DNA of 64,000 nucleotides from Polyangiaceae bacterium (GTDB lineage: Bacteria > Myxococcota_A > Polyangia > Polyangiales > Polyangiaceae), in NCBI GenBank assembly GCA_044376115.1, contig JBILLK010000003.1:64001-128000 (forward strand), written 5' to 3'. Below the pieces are notes generated by a model. That model was not told the origin of the DNA and did no database searches. It saw nothing but the letters and a program-made list of their open reading frames with translations. Every line of letters starts with the position of its first letter. Within the stretch, counting starts at the first letter, position 1. Position numbers and translations under genes: made by a program. Below, piece after piece: positions 42,371 to 51,117 of this stretch.

Positions 42371-44641
42371 TCACTTGCGCTTGCCAGTAACCTTGACTTC
42401 GCGCAACCGTGCCTTGGTGGCGGCGTAGCGTTCCTTCATCTCGCGCAGTCGTTGCTTGTCGGTATCCGCAAGATTTTGCGTTTCACCCTGATCCGCGGCC
42501 AGATCATAGAGATCAAAGCGAGATTCCCCCGAAACGGTCAGTTTGAGATCGCCATGATAGAGCGCCCGCCGCGCGTCGTTGTACGGCCCTGCCGGCATGT
42601 CTACGAGCACGTCGCGCGCTGCCGGGTCTGTCGCGAGCAGCACGTCGGGCAGCAGGCTCAAGCCGGACAAGAAGTTGGTGGATTCCCCTTCGGGCTTCGG
42701 AGCGGGAACCTTCATCAACTCGAGAATCGTCGGAACGAGGTCGATCAGGCTCCGGCGCGTTGAAACGCGTTTGGGGGTCATTCCCGGAATCGCTACGATC
42801 AGGGGAACATTGACCAGCGGCTCCCAAATCTCGAAGCCGTGCCGATACATGTTGTGTTCACCGAACGCCTCTCCGTGATCGCTGGTGAGGATCACGGCCG
42901 TGCGCTTCCCCCAAGGGGCCTTCTCGACGGCGTCGAGGACACGACCGATCTGCTGATCGGTGTAGGCCACCTCTCCGTCATAGAGATCGCGAGGATTGTT
43001 GCCAAAGTCGATGCCCTCGTGTCGAAGGTAATCTGCGTGTGGATCGAGGTAATGCATCCACAAGAAGAACCGCCCCTTGGTGTTCTCCTCTCGCGACAGC
43101 AGCTCGAGCGCAGCGTCGGTCATCGGTCCGCCGGCCGACTTGGTATCGACGTCCCACGGTGCGTCCTTGGAGGGAGCCGCGCTGAAGTCGCGAACTGCGA
43201 ACCCGCGCTCTAAACCACCGAAATCGTCAAAGTAGCGATGCCCGTGAACGGCGAGCGTGCGGACCCCAGCGCTTTGCAGCCGTTCGGCAAGAAACGTGTC
43301 TTGTTCCGTGAACTTGTTGAAGTGGCCCCAATTCCGATTGGTCTCACTACCGTACTTTCCAATCAGCATCGGACCGATGCTTTTCCCGGTGTAGCTCGCC
43401 AACGAGTACGCCCGCTCGAACACGGCGCCGCGAGCTGCCAGCGCGTCGATGTTCGGAGAAACGGGGCGCTTGTACCCGGAAAAACCGAGATCCGCACGGA
43501 GTGTGTCCACCGTGATTAGGATCACGTTTAGGTTCGCCGGTACGAGCGATGCGTCGACTGCCTCCACCTTGGGAGCCTCCGACAGGAGATCCAAGACTTT
43601 CTTGGTCAAGTCGGCGCCCGAACAGTCCTCGTCGATCCCGTTGTCGATGACCTCTTCGGCATCGGGCCTGATCGCGGGGTTTTTGTCATCGCAGTCCCCA
43701 CCGCCGAACGCCGCAGCAAAGCCGTCGCCATCACGGTCCGCCGTCTTGCGGTAGATCGGGAGTGTGAGCCTGGCCAGCGGACTACCGCGTTCAACCGCTT
43801 GTGCTAACGCCGGAAAGGTCTCGAGCGAGGCGCCGGCTTTGCTCAGCAGCACGGTTGGTAGGGCTGCGCACCATAGCGTGAGTAGTCCGAGGACGAGGCG
43901 CGGCAGTGTTCGCGGCGGCCTTCGAATACTCTGGCTACGCGCGCCGATCACCAACAGCGCTGCTAGCTCCAAGGGGGCGCGGAGGTCGAGTTCGGGCCGC
44001 TTGAAGATGCCGAAGATGCCGAAAATCCCGCCTTCTCCGGAAACCGAGCCGGTGGTCATGCCAACCACGAACAACCCCAGCACAAGCACCGCTGCCATGC
44101 CCCCTGTCACGACGGGATCCACCCAGAATGCCTGCCGTTCAGCCATCGTCGCCAGGCCACGACGCACAGGCGGTACCAGCGCAAAAGCTGCAAGCACGCA
44201 GAGTAGCCCCAACAACAGGCTGAGCGCCGCGAGCGCCGTCCCCGCCGTTTGCCCTGTGACCGGCAGGCCAAGAATGCTTCGGGCGGCGTAGGCCGCGAAG
44301 GTTGTCCAGAGAAAGGCGCTCAGCACCAGCAGTGGCGTGAACGCCGCAACGTCGGCTTGTCGGCCTACTGAAAACCGTCGCAGTCGCGAGGCATAAAGCG
44401 TGATCGAAGGAGGCTCTTCGGGTTCGAGCCACAACAGGGAGAGCCCCCAAATCAACCCGAGTACGAGCCCAAGCGGCGCAAGCAATCCGAGCGTCGTCGC
44501 AAACGTGGTCCCGCGATTCGGAACGCCGACGCCGCCCGCTGCGCGCGCCCAAAGCATCTCGAGGCCCGATAGGACCACAACACCAAGCATGGTCCCGGTG
44601 ATTGAGGACGCGACCCTACGAAACCCCTCCGCTGCTCTCAT
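42371..44641 (-). CDS. Multi-TM sulfatase-like hydrolase/transferase with Asp/Cys-rich putative metal-binding repeat
   Basis: ITVDTLRAD, HYLDPHADY, TSDHGEAFGEH; DRDGDGF...DCDD..PAIRPDAEEVIDNGIDEDC. Confidence 0.88.
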   Translation of the reverse strand: MRAAEGFRRVASSITGTMLGVVVLSGLEMLWARAAGGVGVPNRGTTFATTLGLLAPLGLVLGLIWGLSLLWLEPEEPPSITLYASRLRRFSVGRQADVAAFTPLLVLSAFLWTTFAAYAARSILGLPVTGQTAGTALAALSLLLGLLCVLAAFALVPPVRRGLATMAERQAFWVDPVVTGGMAAVLVLGLFVVGMTTGSVSGEGGIFGIFGIFKRPELDLRAPLELAALLVIGARSQSIRRPPRTLPRLVLGLLTLWCAALPTVLLSKAGASLETFPALAQAVERGSPLARLTLPIYRKTADRDGDGFAAAFGGGDCDDKNPAIRPDAEEVIDNGIDEDCSGADLTKKVLDLLSEAPKVEAVDASLVPANLNVILITVDTLRADLGFSGYKRPVSPNIDALAARGAVFERAYSLASYTGKSIGPMLIGKYGSETNRNWGHFNKFTEQDTFLAERLQSAGVRTLAVHGHRYFDDFGGLERGFAVRDFSAAPSKDAPWDVDTKSAGGPMTDAALELLSREENTKGRFFLWMHYLDPHADYLRHEGIDFGNNPRDLYDGEVAYTDQQIGRVLDAVEKAPWGKRTAVILTSDHGEAFGEHNMYRHGFEIWEPLVNVPLIVAIPGMTPKRVSTRRSLIDLVPTILELMKVPAPKPEGESTNFLSGLSLLPDVLLATDPAARDVLVDMPAGPYNDARRALYHGDLKLTVSGESRFDLYDLAADQGETQNLADTDKQRLREMKERYAATKARLREVKVTGKRK

Positions 44642-45597
44642 GCGTCTTGCTTTTCGGCTTTTTCGCTGTCCCGGGCTAACGGGTGCGCATTGTCATAGAC
44701 CCGTAAGATGTGGTCCATCGACACGTGGGTGTACTGTTGGGTTGTCGCAAGACTGGCGTGGCCAAGCATCTCTTGGATGGCTCGCAGATCCGCGCCACCT
44801 TCCAGCATGTGGGTGGCACAGGTGTGTCGAAGTCCGTGCGGAACCAAGTCTGCTCGACCACATAGGGTGCCGTACTTCTTGACGGCCCTCTCGACCGCGC
44901 GCACACCGAGCCGCTTGCCGCGGGCCGAGACGAACATGGCCTGACCAGCCTCGCCGGTAGCAGACAGACCGGGCCGAGCCTCTGCGAGGTAGCTCTGCAG
45001 GGAGGCGACGGCCTTGCTGCCAAGCGGCACAGAACGCTCCTTCGAACCTTTGCCGACCACGCGCACCGAGCCGCTCTGCAAGTCAAAATCACCGACATTG
45101 GCGTTCGTGAGTTCGGACACTCGCAAGCCACTTCCGTAGAGCACCTCGACGACGGCGCGGTCTCGTATGCCAGCGAGCGTCTCCGCGTCTGGCGTGGTCA
45201 TCAACTCGGCGGCCGTGTCGACGTTGAGAACGGACGGCAGCCGCCGCTTGCCGCGCGGTAAAGCCAGCATCGCGGCGGGATTCTTGGCAGCAAGCCCATG
45301 TCGCTCGGCGTAGCGAAAGAACGCACGGATGGCCGCGACCTTCCGCGCCACGGTGCTCGGCTTGCTGTGCGCGAGGATGTGGCCGAGAAATGAGCGCAAG
45401 AAGAGCAGGTCAACCTCCGCCGTCGTGCGCGGGCCGTGCGCTTTCTGCTCGGCGAACGCCAGCCACTGCGCGAGGTCTCGTTCGTAGGCAAGGCAGGTGT
45501 TGAGCGCAGCGCGTCGCTCGCCGCGCAGCGACTGAAGGAAGGCCGTCACGTCTCGTGAGAGCGCAGAGCGTTCTTCGGCGGTTCTTGCCAACGGCAC
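44638..45597 (-). CDS. xerC: Tyrosine recombinase XerC/XerD family
   Basis: LYGSGLRVSE, GKGSKER, PHGLRHTCATHML..GADLRAIQEMLGH..TTQQYTH; start is uncertain. Confidence 0.9.
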   Translation of the reverse strand: MPLARTAEERSALSRDVTAFLQSLRGERRAALNTCLAYERDLAQWLAFAEQKAHGPRTTAEVDLLFLRSFLGHILAHSKPSTVARKVAAIRAFFRYAERHGLAAKNPAAMLALPRGKRRLPSVLNVDTAAELMTTPDAETLAGIRDRAVVEVLYGSGLRVSELTNANVGDFDLQSGSVRVVGKGSKERSVPLGSKAVASLQSYLAEARPGLSATGEAGQAMFVSARGKRLGVRAVERAVKKYGTLCGRADLVPHGLRHTCATHMLEGGADLRAIQEMLGHASLATTQQYTHVSMDHILRVYDNAHPLARDSEKAEKQDA

Positions 45598-45647
45598 GTC
45601 CAAGCGCGTAGCACCCGCGCCGCGGCGCGGAAAGTTTTGATAAGCCC

Positions 45648-46274
45648 TCAAGCAAGCAAGAGCGCGGCTAAATAAGCAAGTGTTCCCAAGAGCGTGATGG
45701 CTAGGCCTGGGGCGGCGCGCTTCCACGCGATTCGGCCGGTATCGTCAAGCCCACGTCGGAGCAGGAGGAGCAACCCAAGAATTGCCCCGCCAAAGCTGCC
45801 GGCGAGCACGTAGCGCAGATAGGCCAGGTCATCGCTCGTCGCCTTCGTCGGGGGAGTTTCGCGCTCGATAGCGTCAACGTTTGGCGGCGAAAGTTCTTTC
45901 AGTTTGGCTTCCACCCTGGCCACCGCTTCTTCTGCCGCCTGAGCCTCAACCCGGTGAGGGGTCAACACCCAGCGCGTTGCGTGCGAGGCGTTGGAAATGC
46001 TGCGATACGCAGCTAGGGCGACCTGCCAGTTGCGTCGCTTCTCGGCCTCCTCTCCGATCGCTTTGAGTCGTGCGTAAGCGACCCTTACGTGTGGGGCTCC
46101 GGGTACGTACCAAAGCGCAGCTGCACGGGCATGCGCGACGGCGCCGGCCGCATCCCCCGCTTCGAGCGCACTGGTGCTAAGTGCGATTTCGCGCTCGCCG
46201 CCTAGCGTCGCTCGTAGCGTTATGCCGCAGAGGAGCAGCACGAGCACGAGCATGGCTCGAAGGGCTGTTCTCAC
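45648..46274 (-). CDS. Hypothetical membrane protein with TPR-like helices
   Basis: GTGA overlap with the upstream permease; one N-terminal and two C-terminal hydrophobic helices. Confidence 0.7.
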   Translation of the reverse strand: MRTALRAMLVLVLLLCGITLRATLGGEREIALSTSALEAGDAAGAVAHARAAALWYVPGAPHVRVAYARLKAIGEEAEKRRNWQVALAAYRSISNASHATRWVLTPHRVEAQAAEEAVARVEAKLKELSPPNVDAIERETPPTKATSDDLAYLRYVLAGSFGGAILGLLLLLRRGLDDTGRIAWKRAAPGLAITLLGTLAYLAALLLA

Positions 46275-47203
46275 AAGAAGTCGCGACGGCGGAAAACGAT
46301 GACAGCGAGCGATAAGAAGCCAAGCGTCCATGCGAGCGAGAGACCAGAAGACATCAGCAGGTATTGGGTGCGATCGATGTCGAGTGCCTCGCCAGTCAAG
46401 AAGGGCCTCCTTGGCACGTACACCTGAAGGTTCGGCCAGACCTTGCCCAAAGCCTTCGCAGCGCTAGATATGAACGTCCCAAACACCTTCTTCGAGAATC
46501 GGTCGAACGAGTCGGTGTTGCGCCCGATGATCCAAACCCCGACCGTCAACAACGCTGAAAGAAACGGACTTGAGAAGGAGGACAGCATCGTGGCGCAAGC
46601 TGTAATGATGCTCACCTCAAGCAGTGACAAAAAGGAGGACGTCAGCACCAGCCGGCGCTCGTACGGCGCAACATCAGCCATCATTGTTCCCAGCACCAAC
46701 AGCGCGATCGCGAAAGGAATCGGTCCGAAGGTTCGAGCCCAGGGCACCCGCCACGCGAGAACCCCGAACGCCGTCAAAACTGCGGCTGCCAAACCTGTTA
46801 CCAGGAGCGCATCTCGGCCGGCCAATAGTGACAAAAGCGAAAGCACGAGCCCGGTATCCGCAGCGATGAAGACGAAGACGGTCAACAGGGTGCCACCAAA
46901 TTTCCCAATGACGTACTCACCTCGCGTGATCGGGCGAGCCAGAATAGGAAAGATGGTCTTCTGCTCGAGCTCTCGATACAGGCTGGTCGCGCCGATTACG
47001 ATCGAGACAGCGATGCTGAAGATTGAGATCGTGGCAGCGCCAAGGTCGGCGACTACACGGGGCGCATTGTCCAGCGTGAAGCTACCGATGACGAGCGAGA
47101 AGACCGACACTGTGAAAGCCACGCCAGCCAAGCCAAGCAGCACGCGCGCGCGCACGGCCTCTCGGTATGCGTTCATGGCGATCGTCCAAATGCGGAGCCA
47201 CAT
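46271..47203 (-). CDS. ABC-2-type transporter permease (PilI-like)
   Basis: IAMNAYREAVRAR, RELEQKTIFPILARPITRGEYVIGKFGG, C-terminal FRRRDF. Confidence 0.88.
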   Translation of the reverse strand: MWLRIWTIAMNAYREAVRARVLLGLAGVAFTVSVFSLVIGSFTLDNAPRVVADLGAATISIFSIAVSIVIGATSLYRELEQKTIFPILARPITRGEYVIGKFGGTLLTVFVFIAADTGLVLSLLSLLAGRDALLVTGLAAAVLTAFGVLAWRVPWARTFGPIPFAIALLVLGTMMADVAPYERRLVLTSSFLSLLEVSIITACATMLSSFSSPFLSALLTVGVWIIGRNTDSFDRFSKKVFGTFISSAAKALGKVWPNLQVYVPRRPFLTGEALDIDRTQYLLMSSGLSLAWTLGFLSLAVIVFRRRDFL

Positions 47204-47230
47204 GCGGCGGACTTTACCACGGGTCTCGTC

Positions 47231-48058
47231 GTGACGTGCCACCACACGGCGGACGCTGCCAAGCTGCTTGCAGGGCGCCGGGCTGCGGTGTTGAGCGGGG
47301 CGGGCCTCAGCACTGAAAGTGGCATCCCGGACTATCGGGGGCCAGGTACACGAATGCGAGCGCGCAGCCCGATTCAGCATCGGGAGTTCGTCGCCAAAGA
47401 GTCGGTTCGTCGTCGGTATTGGGCGCGCTCCTTTGCCGCGTATGACCGCTTCTGGAGCGCCCAGCCCAACGCAGGTCACCACGCTGTTAGCACGCTTCAG
47501 CGCAATGGCCTCGTCGGTCCGATCATCACTCAGAACGTCGACGGCCTTCACCAAGCTGCGGGGGCCGCAGACGTGATTGAGCTTCACGGCACCCTGTCTC
47601 AAGTGAAGTGTTTGGACTGCGACCTTCGAGAGACGCGCAAAGCACTGCAGGAGCGACTACGCGAGCTCAACGGAGGCGCCGAGAATGTCGGCCTCCAGCC
47701 CGATGGTGATGCTGAGGTTACGGAAGAGAGCTACGCAAAGTTTGTGACGGTTGGCTGTAGCTCTTGCGGCGGGATTCTCAAGCCAACCGTGGTTTTCTTC
47801 GGGGACAACGTTCCTCGACCCGTTGTCGATGCCGCCTTTGCTGGCGTGGATCAGTCGGATGCGCTGCTGTTGCTCGGCACGTCGCTAGCCGTCTTCTCGG
47901 GCTATCGCTTCCTTCTGCGAGCCCATGAGCGCAAGCTACCGATCGTAGCGATCAACCTCGGTGAGATGCGTGGCGCGGAGCTATGCGATGTGCTCGTCGC
48001 GCAGCCGCTAGGGGCTGCGTTGGGCGAGCTGTCGGACTTGTTGGTGAGCGCCAAGTAG
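47231..48058 (+). CDS. cobB: NAD-dependent deacylase, sirtuin (class II / SIRT4-like)
   Basis: GAGLSTESGIPDYRG, TQNVDGLH, ELHG, two CxxC, LKPTVVFFGDNV, GTSL. Confidence 0.93.
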   Translation: MTCHHTADAAKLLAGRRAAVLSGAGLSTESGIPDYRGPGTRMRARSPIQHREFVAKESVRRRYWARSFAAYDRFWSAQPNAGHHAVSTLQRNGLVGPIITQNVDGLHQAAGAADVIELHGTLSQVKCLDCDLRETRKALQERLRELNGGAENVGLQPDGDAEVTEESYAKFVTVGCSSCGGILKPTVVFFGDNVPRPVVDAAFAGVDQSDALLLLGTSLAVFSGYRFLLRAHERKLPIVAINLGEMRGAELCDVLVAQPLGAALGELSDLLVSAK

Positions 48059-48063
48059 CGCGC

Positions 48064-48945
48064 TCAATCCATCAAGAGTGCCAAGGTGGTTCCGCCGCCG
48101 ATCAAGATCAGTTCCGTGATGATCAACGCTACGCCGCCCGCCGAATCGAACGACTTCGGGTTGTCATCACCAAGTAACAGGTAGCCACCGCCAATCGCGA
48201 TGCCCGACGCGAGCGTGACCGTGCCGACGACGGTGAGGATGGTCAACGGGTCGGTGAAGTTGGTCGTAGCGCGCGCGGGCGCGCCCTTCCCAACCACCGG
48301 GTCACGTGGGTCGACTTCACCAGCTTTCAGCGTGCGGGTGAAAGGTACCCTTACTCGCAGCTGACGTTTCTCTGCGTCGATCGTCAGTTCTTCCAGCGCA
48401 GTGTTGCCTTCGACCGAGGTTGCGGCCACCTGGTGCTCCCCAACCGCGAGTGCGATTGGACGGAGAAGTGCCGCGCTCGTCGGCAAGGTTTCACCGTCGA
48501 GCACCACGCTTGCGGGGACTTCGACGAAGTCGAAGGTTACGGCGGAGTACTCTTCGAAGATGGCCACCGACGTGCGTTGCCAAGCCACGTACTCGTCGCT
48601 GTAGTCGGCATGGTCGGTGGCAAGCCAGTACCACGCGCTTGCCAAGTCCGGACGCTCGAGAAGGCGGTAGACCTTCATCGCCCCCGCAGCCGAACGCCAG
48701 TTGGGAGCATCGCGAAAGCTCTGGTCGTATTGCGTCAGCGCCGCGCGGAGCAGCTGCGAGCGCTCGGTCGCCGAGTTGGATTTCAGCGCGCGAGCTACCT
48801 CGCGATCGATCTCCGCCACCGCCTCGAGGTCATCCGCTTCCCCATTGGTTTGGGCGATCGCCTGCGTCGAACCGACGACCACCAGCCCAAGCACGAGAGC
48901 GCGAAGGAGCCTCACGGCGCCACCACGAATACGTCCAGCGACCAT
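48064..48945 (-). CDS. Exported/membrane hypothetical protein (TPR-like plus PEGA-like)
   Basis: Signal peptide, helical region, ASVVLDG...LAVGEHQV beta module, C-terminal hydrophobic segments. Confidence 0.6.
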   Translation of the reverse strand: MVAGRIRGGAVRLLRALVLGLVVVGSTQAIAQTNGEADDLEAVAEIDREVARALKSNSATERSQLLRAALTQYDQSFRDAPNWRSAAGAMKVYRLLERPDLASAWYWLATDHADYSDEYVAWQRTSVAIFEEYSAVTFDFVEVPASVVLDGETLPTSAALLRPIALAVGEHQVAATSVEGNTALEELTIDAEKRQLRVRVPFTRTLKAGEVDPRDPVVGKGAPARATTNFTDPLTILTVVGTVTLASGIAIGGGYLLLGDDNPKSFDSAGGVALIITELILIGGGTTLALLMD

Positions 48946-51029
48946 GGGCCGGTGGCCCCAGCCAAGCCATCGACCTGGACGAAATAGGTGCCTGCCTCGA
49001 GCTCCAAGTCGAGGAACGAGGGCACGCTACTAACAGCGGCCGTGCATGCCAGCGGCAGCTCTACGCCAGGGCAATTGGGTCCCTTTCGCACCGAGAGCAT
49101 CGTTGCATAGCCCGAGCCGGACATGTCCAGAACAACCCTGCGAGTTTCGGTCAGAACCAGCTTCAGCAACTGGTCTTTGGCGCCATTCTGAGGCTGACCA
49201 TCCGCGTCACACCCGGCGCTGAAGTCGGCGCTCAGGTTGCTGGTATTGCCTTGGAAGAAGCCACCGCCGCTGGGAATGCTGATGGCGTCGGCACAAGCAT
49301 CGGAGAAGGGAACGAGCTTGGTCGCAGTGTACGGCCGTTGAAATGCGGTCAGTTGCTGGGGCAGCCCCACGAGACTCTCGCTGATCACGCGGTACTCCCC
49401 TGGTGCGAGGTTGCGACGACGTAGTCGCAAGGGGTTGTTGCCGCTGACGGCGCAAGAAAGGATGTCCGCCTCGTTACAGTCGAGGGCGCTGAGGCCGAGC
49501 GCGGCGGAGTCCCCAGGAGACAAGCGGTTCACGAGCAAGAGATCGGTTGGTTCGTCGATCGAGAGGCCATACGCCGCGTCGACCGAGGCCTGAAGACACG
49601 GCAACAGATGGTCGTCTTGCAGCGTTGCATAGTTGATCGCTACGGGGGTCAGCGGCTCGAGCATGGGGGCGCTGGCGCAGGAGTCCTCGCTCGGTGTGGG
49701 GGTCGGCGGGAGCAGCGATACGTTGACGCTGACTTCGGTAGGAGCCGTTGCCGAAACCGCTAAGTAGTAGGAGCCAGCCGGCAGTTCATGGCGATAGAGG
49801 TGCGCCTGTGCGGCGGTGTGACAAGCCAACTCCGCGTCTGCGTTGGTGCATGGGTCCGCGAGCAATGAGAGCGACGGGAAACCGTCATCGTCGGTGCTAA
49901 CTGCATACACCTCGAGGTCTGCTGGCTCGGTCAATTCGAGTGCGTAGACCAGCTCCCCCGTAGCTGCGCCGCACGCCGAATTCTGATCTTCGGCTGCATC
50001 GATCAGGTCGACGAGGAAGGGGCCGCCTACTGCCAGCGTCTGCGCTGTTCCGCACGTTTCGTTGCTGGGCTTGATTGAGCCAGGCTCGAACGAAACGTTC
50101 ACCGCAACCTCGTCGCCCTGCGAGGTCGTCACGTACACTGGGTAGGTGGTATCGGCGGGCAACGAACGCGCCCGCAACTTCGCTACGTTGCCCCCGGCGG
50201 TCGAGGAGAAGTTGCCGCCACACGCAAGCTCCGTCGCGGCATTGCCACACTGTTCCGCGATCGCCGTCGAAAGTTCGGCGGCTTGGGCTCGCGCTCGGAT
50301 CACCACGTCTTGTGGCGGGCCAGCGGGTACGACCACCGCCATGACCACGTCGTTTACCGGGCCAGCGGGGCTGCAGCTGGTTGGGTATTGAGCGGACGCG
50401 CCATAGGTCAGCAGCGCGTAGTTACCGCTCGACTCGACCAACACCGGATCGGCGCAGGTGTCGTTCATCGGCGTAGCGCAGCTGTCTTCATCCACCGAGC
50501 GATCGCAGTTGTCATCGACGTCGTTGGCGCAGACTTCCTCGACCAAAGACGAGACCTCGGGATCCGTCTCGTCGCAGTCTCCGCCGCCACAATGGATGTC
50601 GACGTCATCATCTCCGTCCGCATCGCGAAGCTCGTGAGTGCACGCTTGCGAAGTCTCTACGCAGGTGTCGATGGTGCAGAAGTTCCCGTCGTCGCAACTA
50701 GCTGGTGGCCCAGCGACGCAGCCAAGCTTCTGTGCACACACCTCGGTGCCATCGCAGTGAACGCCGTTGTCACAGGGGGCGTCGTCTGGGCGGAACCGGC
50801 AGCGGTCGAGGCTCTTGTCGCAGGAATCCACCGTGCAATCGATCGAGTCGTCGCATTGGGCATCTTCGACGCAGGGGCCTCCGAGCTCGGGATCGACGCT
50901 GCTGCCCCCCGAGCCACCTAGGCCGCCGACTCCGCCCCCACCCGACGTTACATAAGGGTTCGTCGGCAGGTCCGAGTCACACGCTAGGATGCCCCACAAC
51001 ACGAAAACACAGGTTCCTCGCTTCAGCAT
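48912..51029 (-). CDS. Cys-rich myxobacterial surface lipoprotein with putative metal-binding and PPC-like domains
   Basis: Lipobox ILAC; CDDxxxCTxDxC repeats; DADGD..DCDE..EEVCANDVDDNC; four NDTC...L..GxYy beta modules. Confidence 0.8.
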   Translation of the reverse strand: MLKRGTCVFVLWGILACDSDLPTNPYVTSGGGGVGGLGGSGGSSVDPELGGPCVEDAQCDDSIDCTVDSCDKSLDRCRFRPDDAPCDNGVHCDGTEVCAQKLGCVAGPPASCDDGNFCTIDTCVETSQACTHELRDADGDDDVDIHCGGGDCDETDPEVSSLVEEVCANDVDDNCDRSVDEDSCATPMNDTCADPVLVESSGNYALLTYGASAQYPTSCSPAGPVNDVVMAVVVPAGPPQDVVIRARAQAAELSTAIAEQCGNAATELACGGNFSSTAGGNVAKLRARSLPADTTYPVYVTTSQGDEVAVNVSFEPGSIKPSNETCGTAQTLAVGGPFLVDLIDAAEDQNSACGAATGELVYALELTEPADLEVYAVSTDDDGFPSLSLLADPCTNADAELACHTAAQAHLYRHELPAGSYYLAVSATAPTEVSVNVSLLPPTPTPSEDSCASAPMLEPLTPVAINYATLQDDHLLPCLQASVDAAYGLSIDEPTDLLLVNRLSPGDSAALGLSALDCNEADILSCAVSGNNPLRLRRRNLAPGEYRVISESLVGLPQQLTAFQRPYTATKLVPFSDACADAISIPSGGGFFQGNTSNLSADFSAGCDADGQPQNGAKDQLLKLVLTETRRVVLDMSGSGYATMLSVRKGPNCPGVELPLACTAAVSSVPSFLDLELEAGTYFVQVDGLAGATGPWSLDVFVVAP

Positions 51030-51117
51030 CCTGTGCACCATCGATGGGGAAACTGTAGCAGCTGCGGCTGGCCTCTGGCATCATCTCCACTCCGCGTCCG
51101 TACGAGAAAGAGCCCCA

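Noticed and set aside
44638..45597. Tyrosine recombinase as a prophage or island integrase
   Set aside because: Sequence is Xer-like, it overlaps a resident gene, and no att repeats or phage genes were seen
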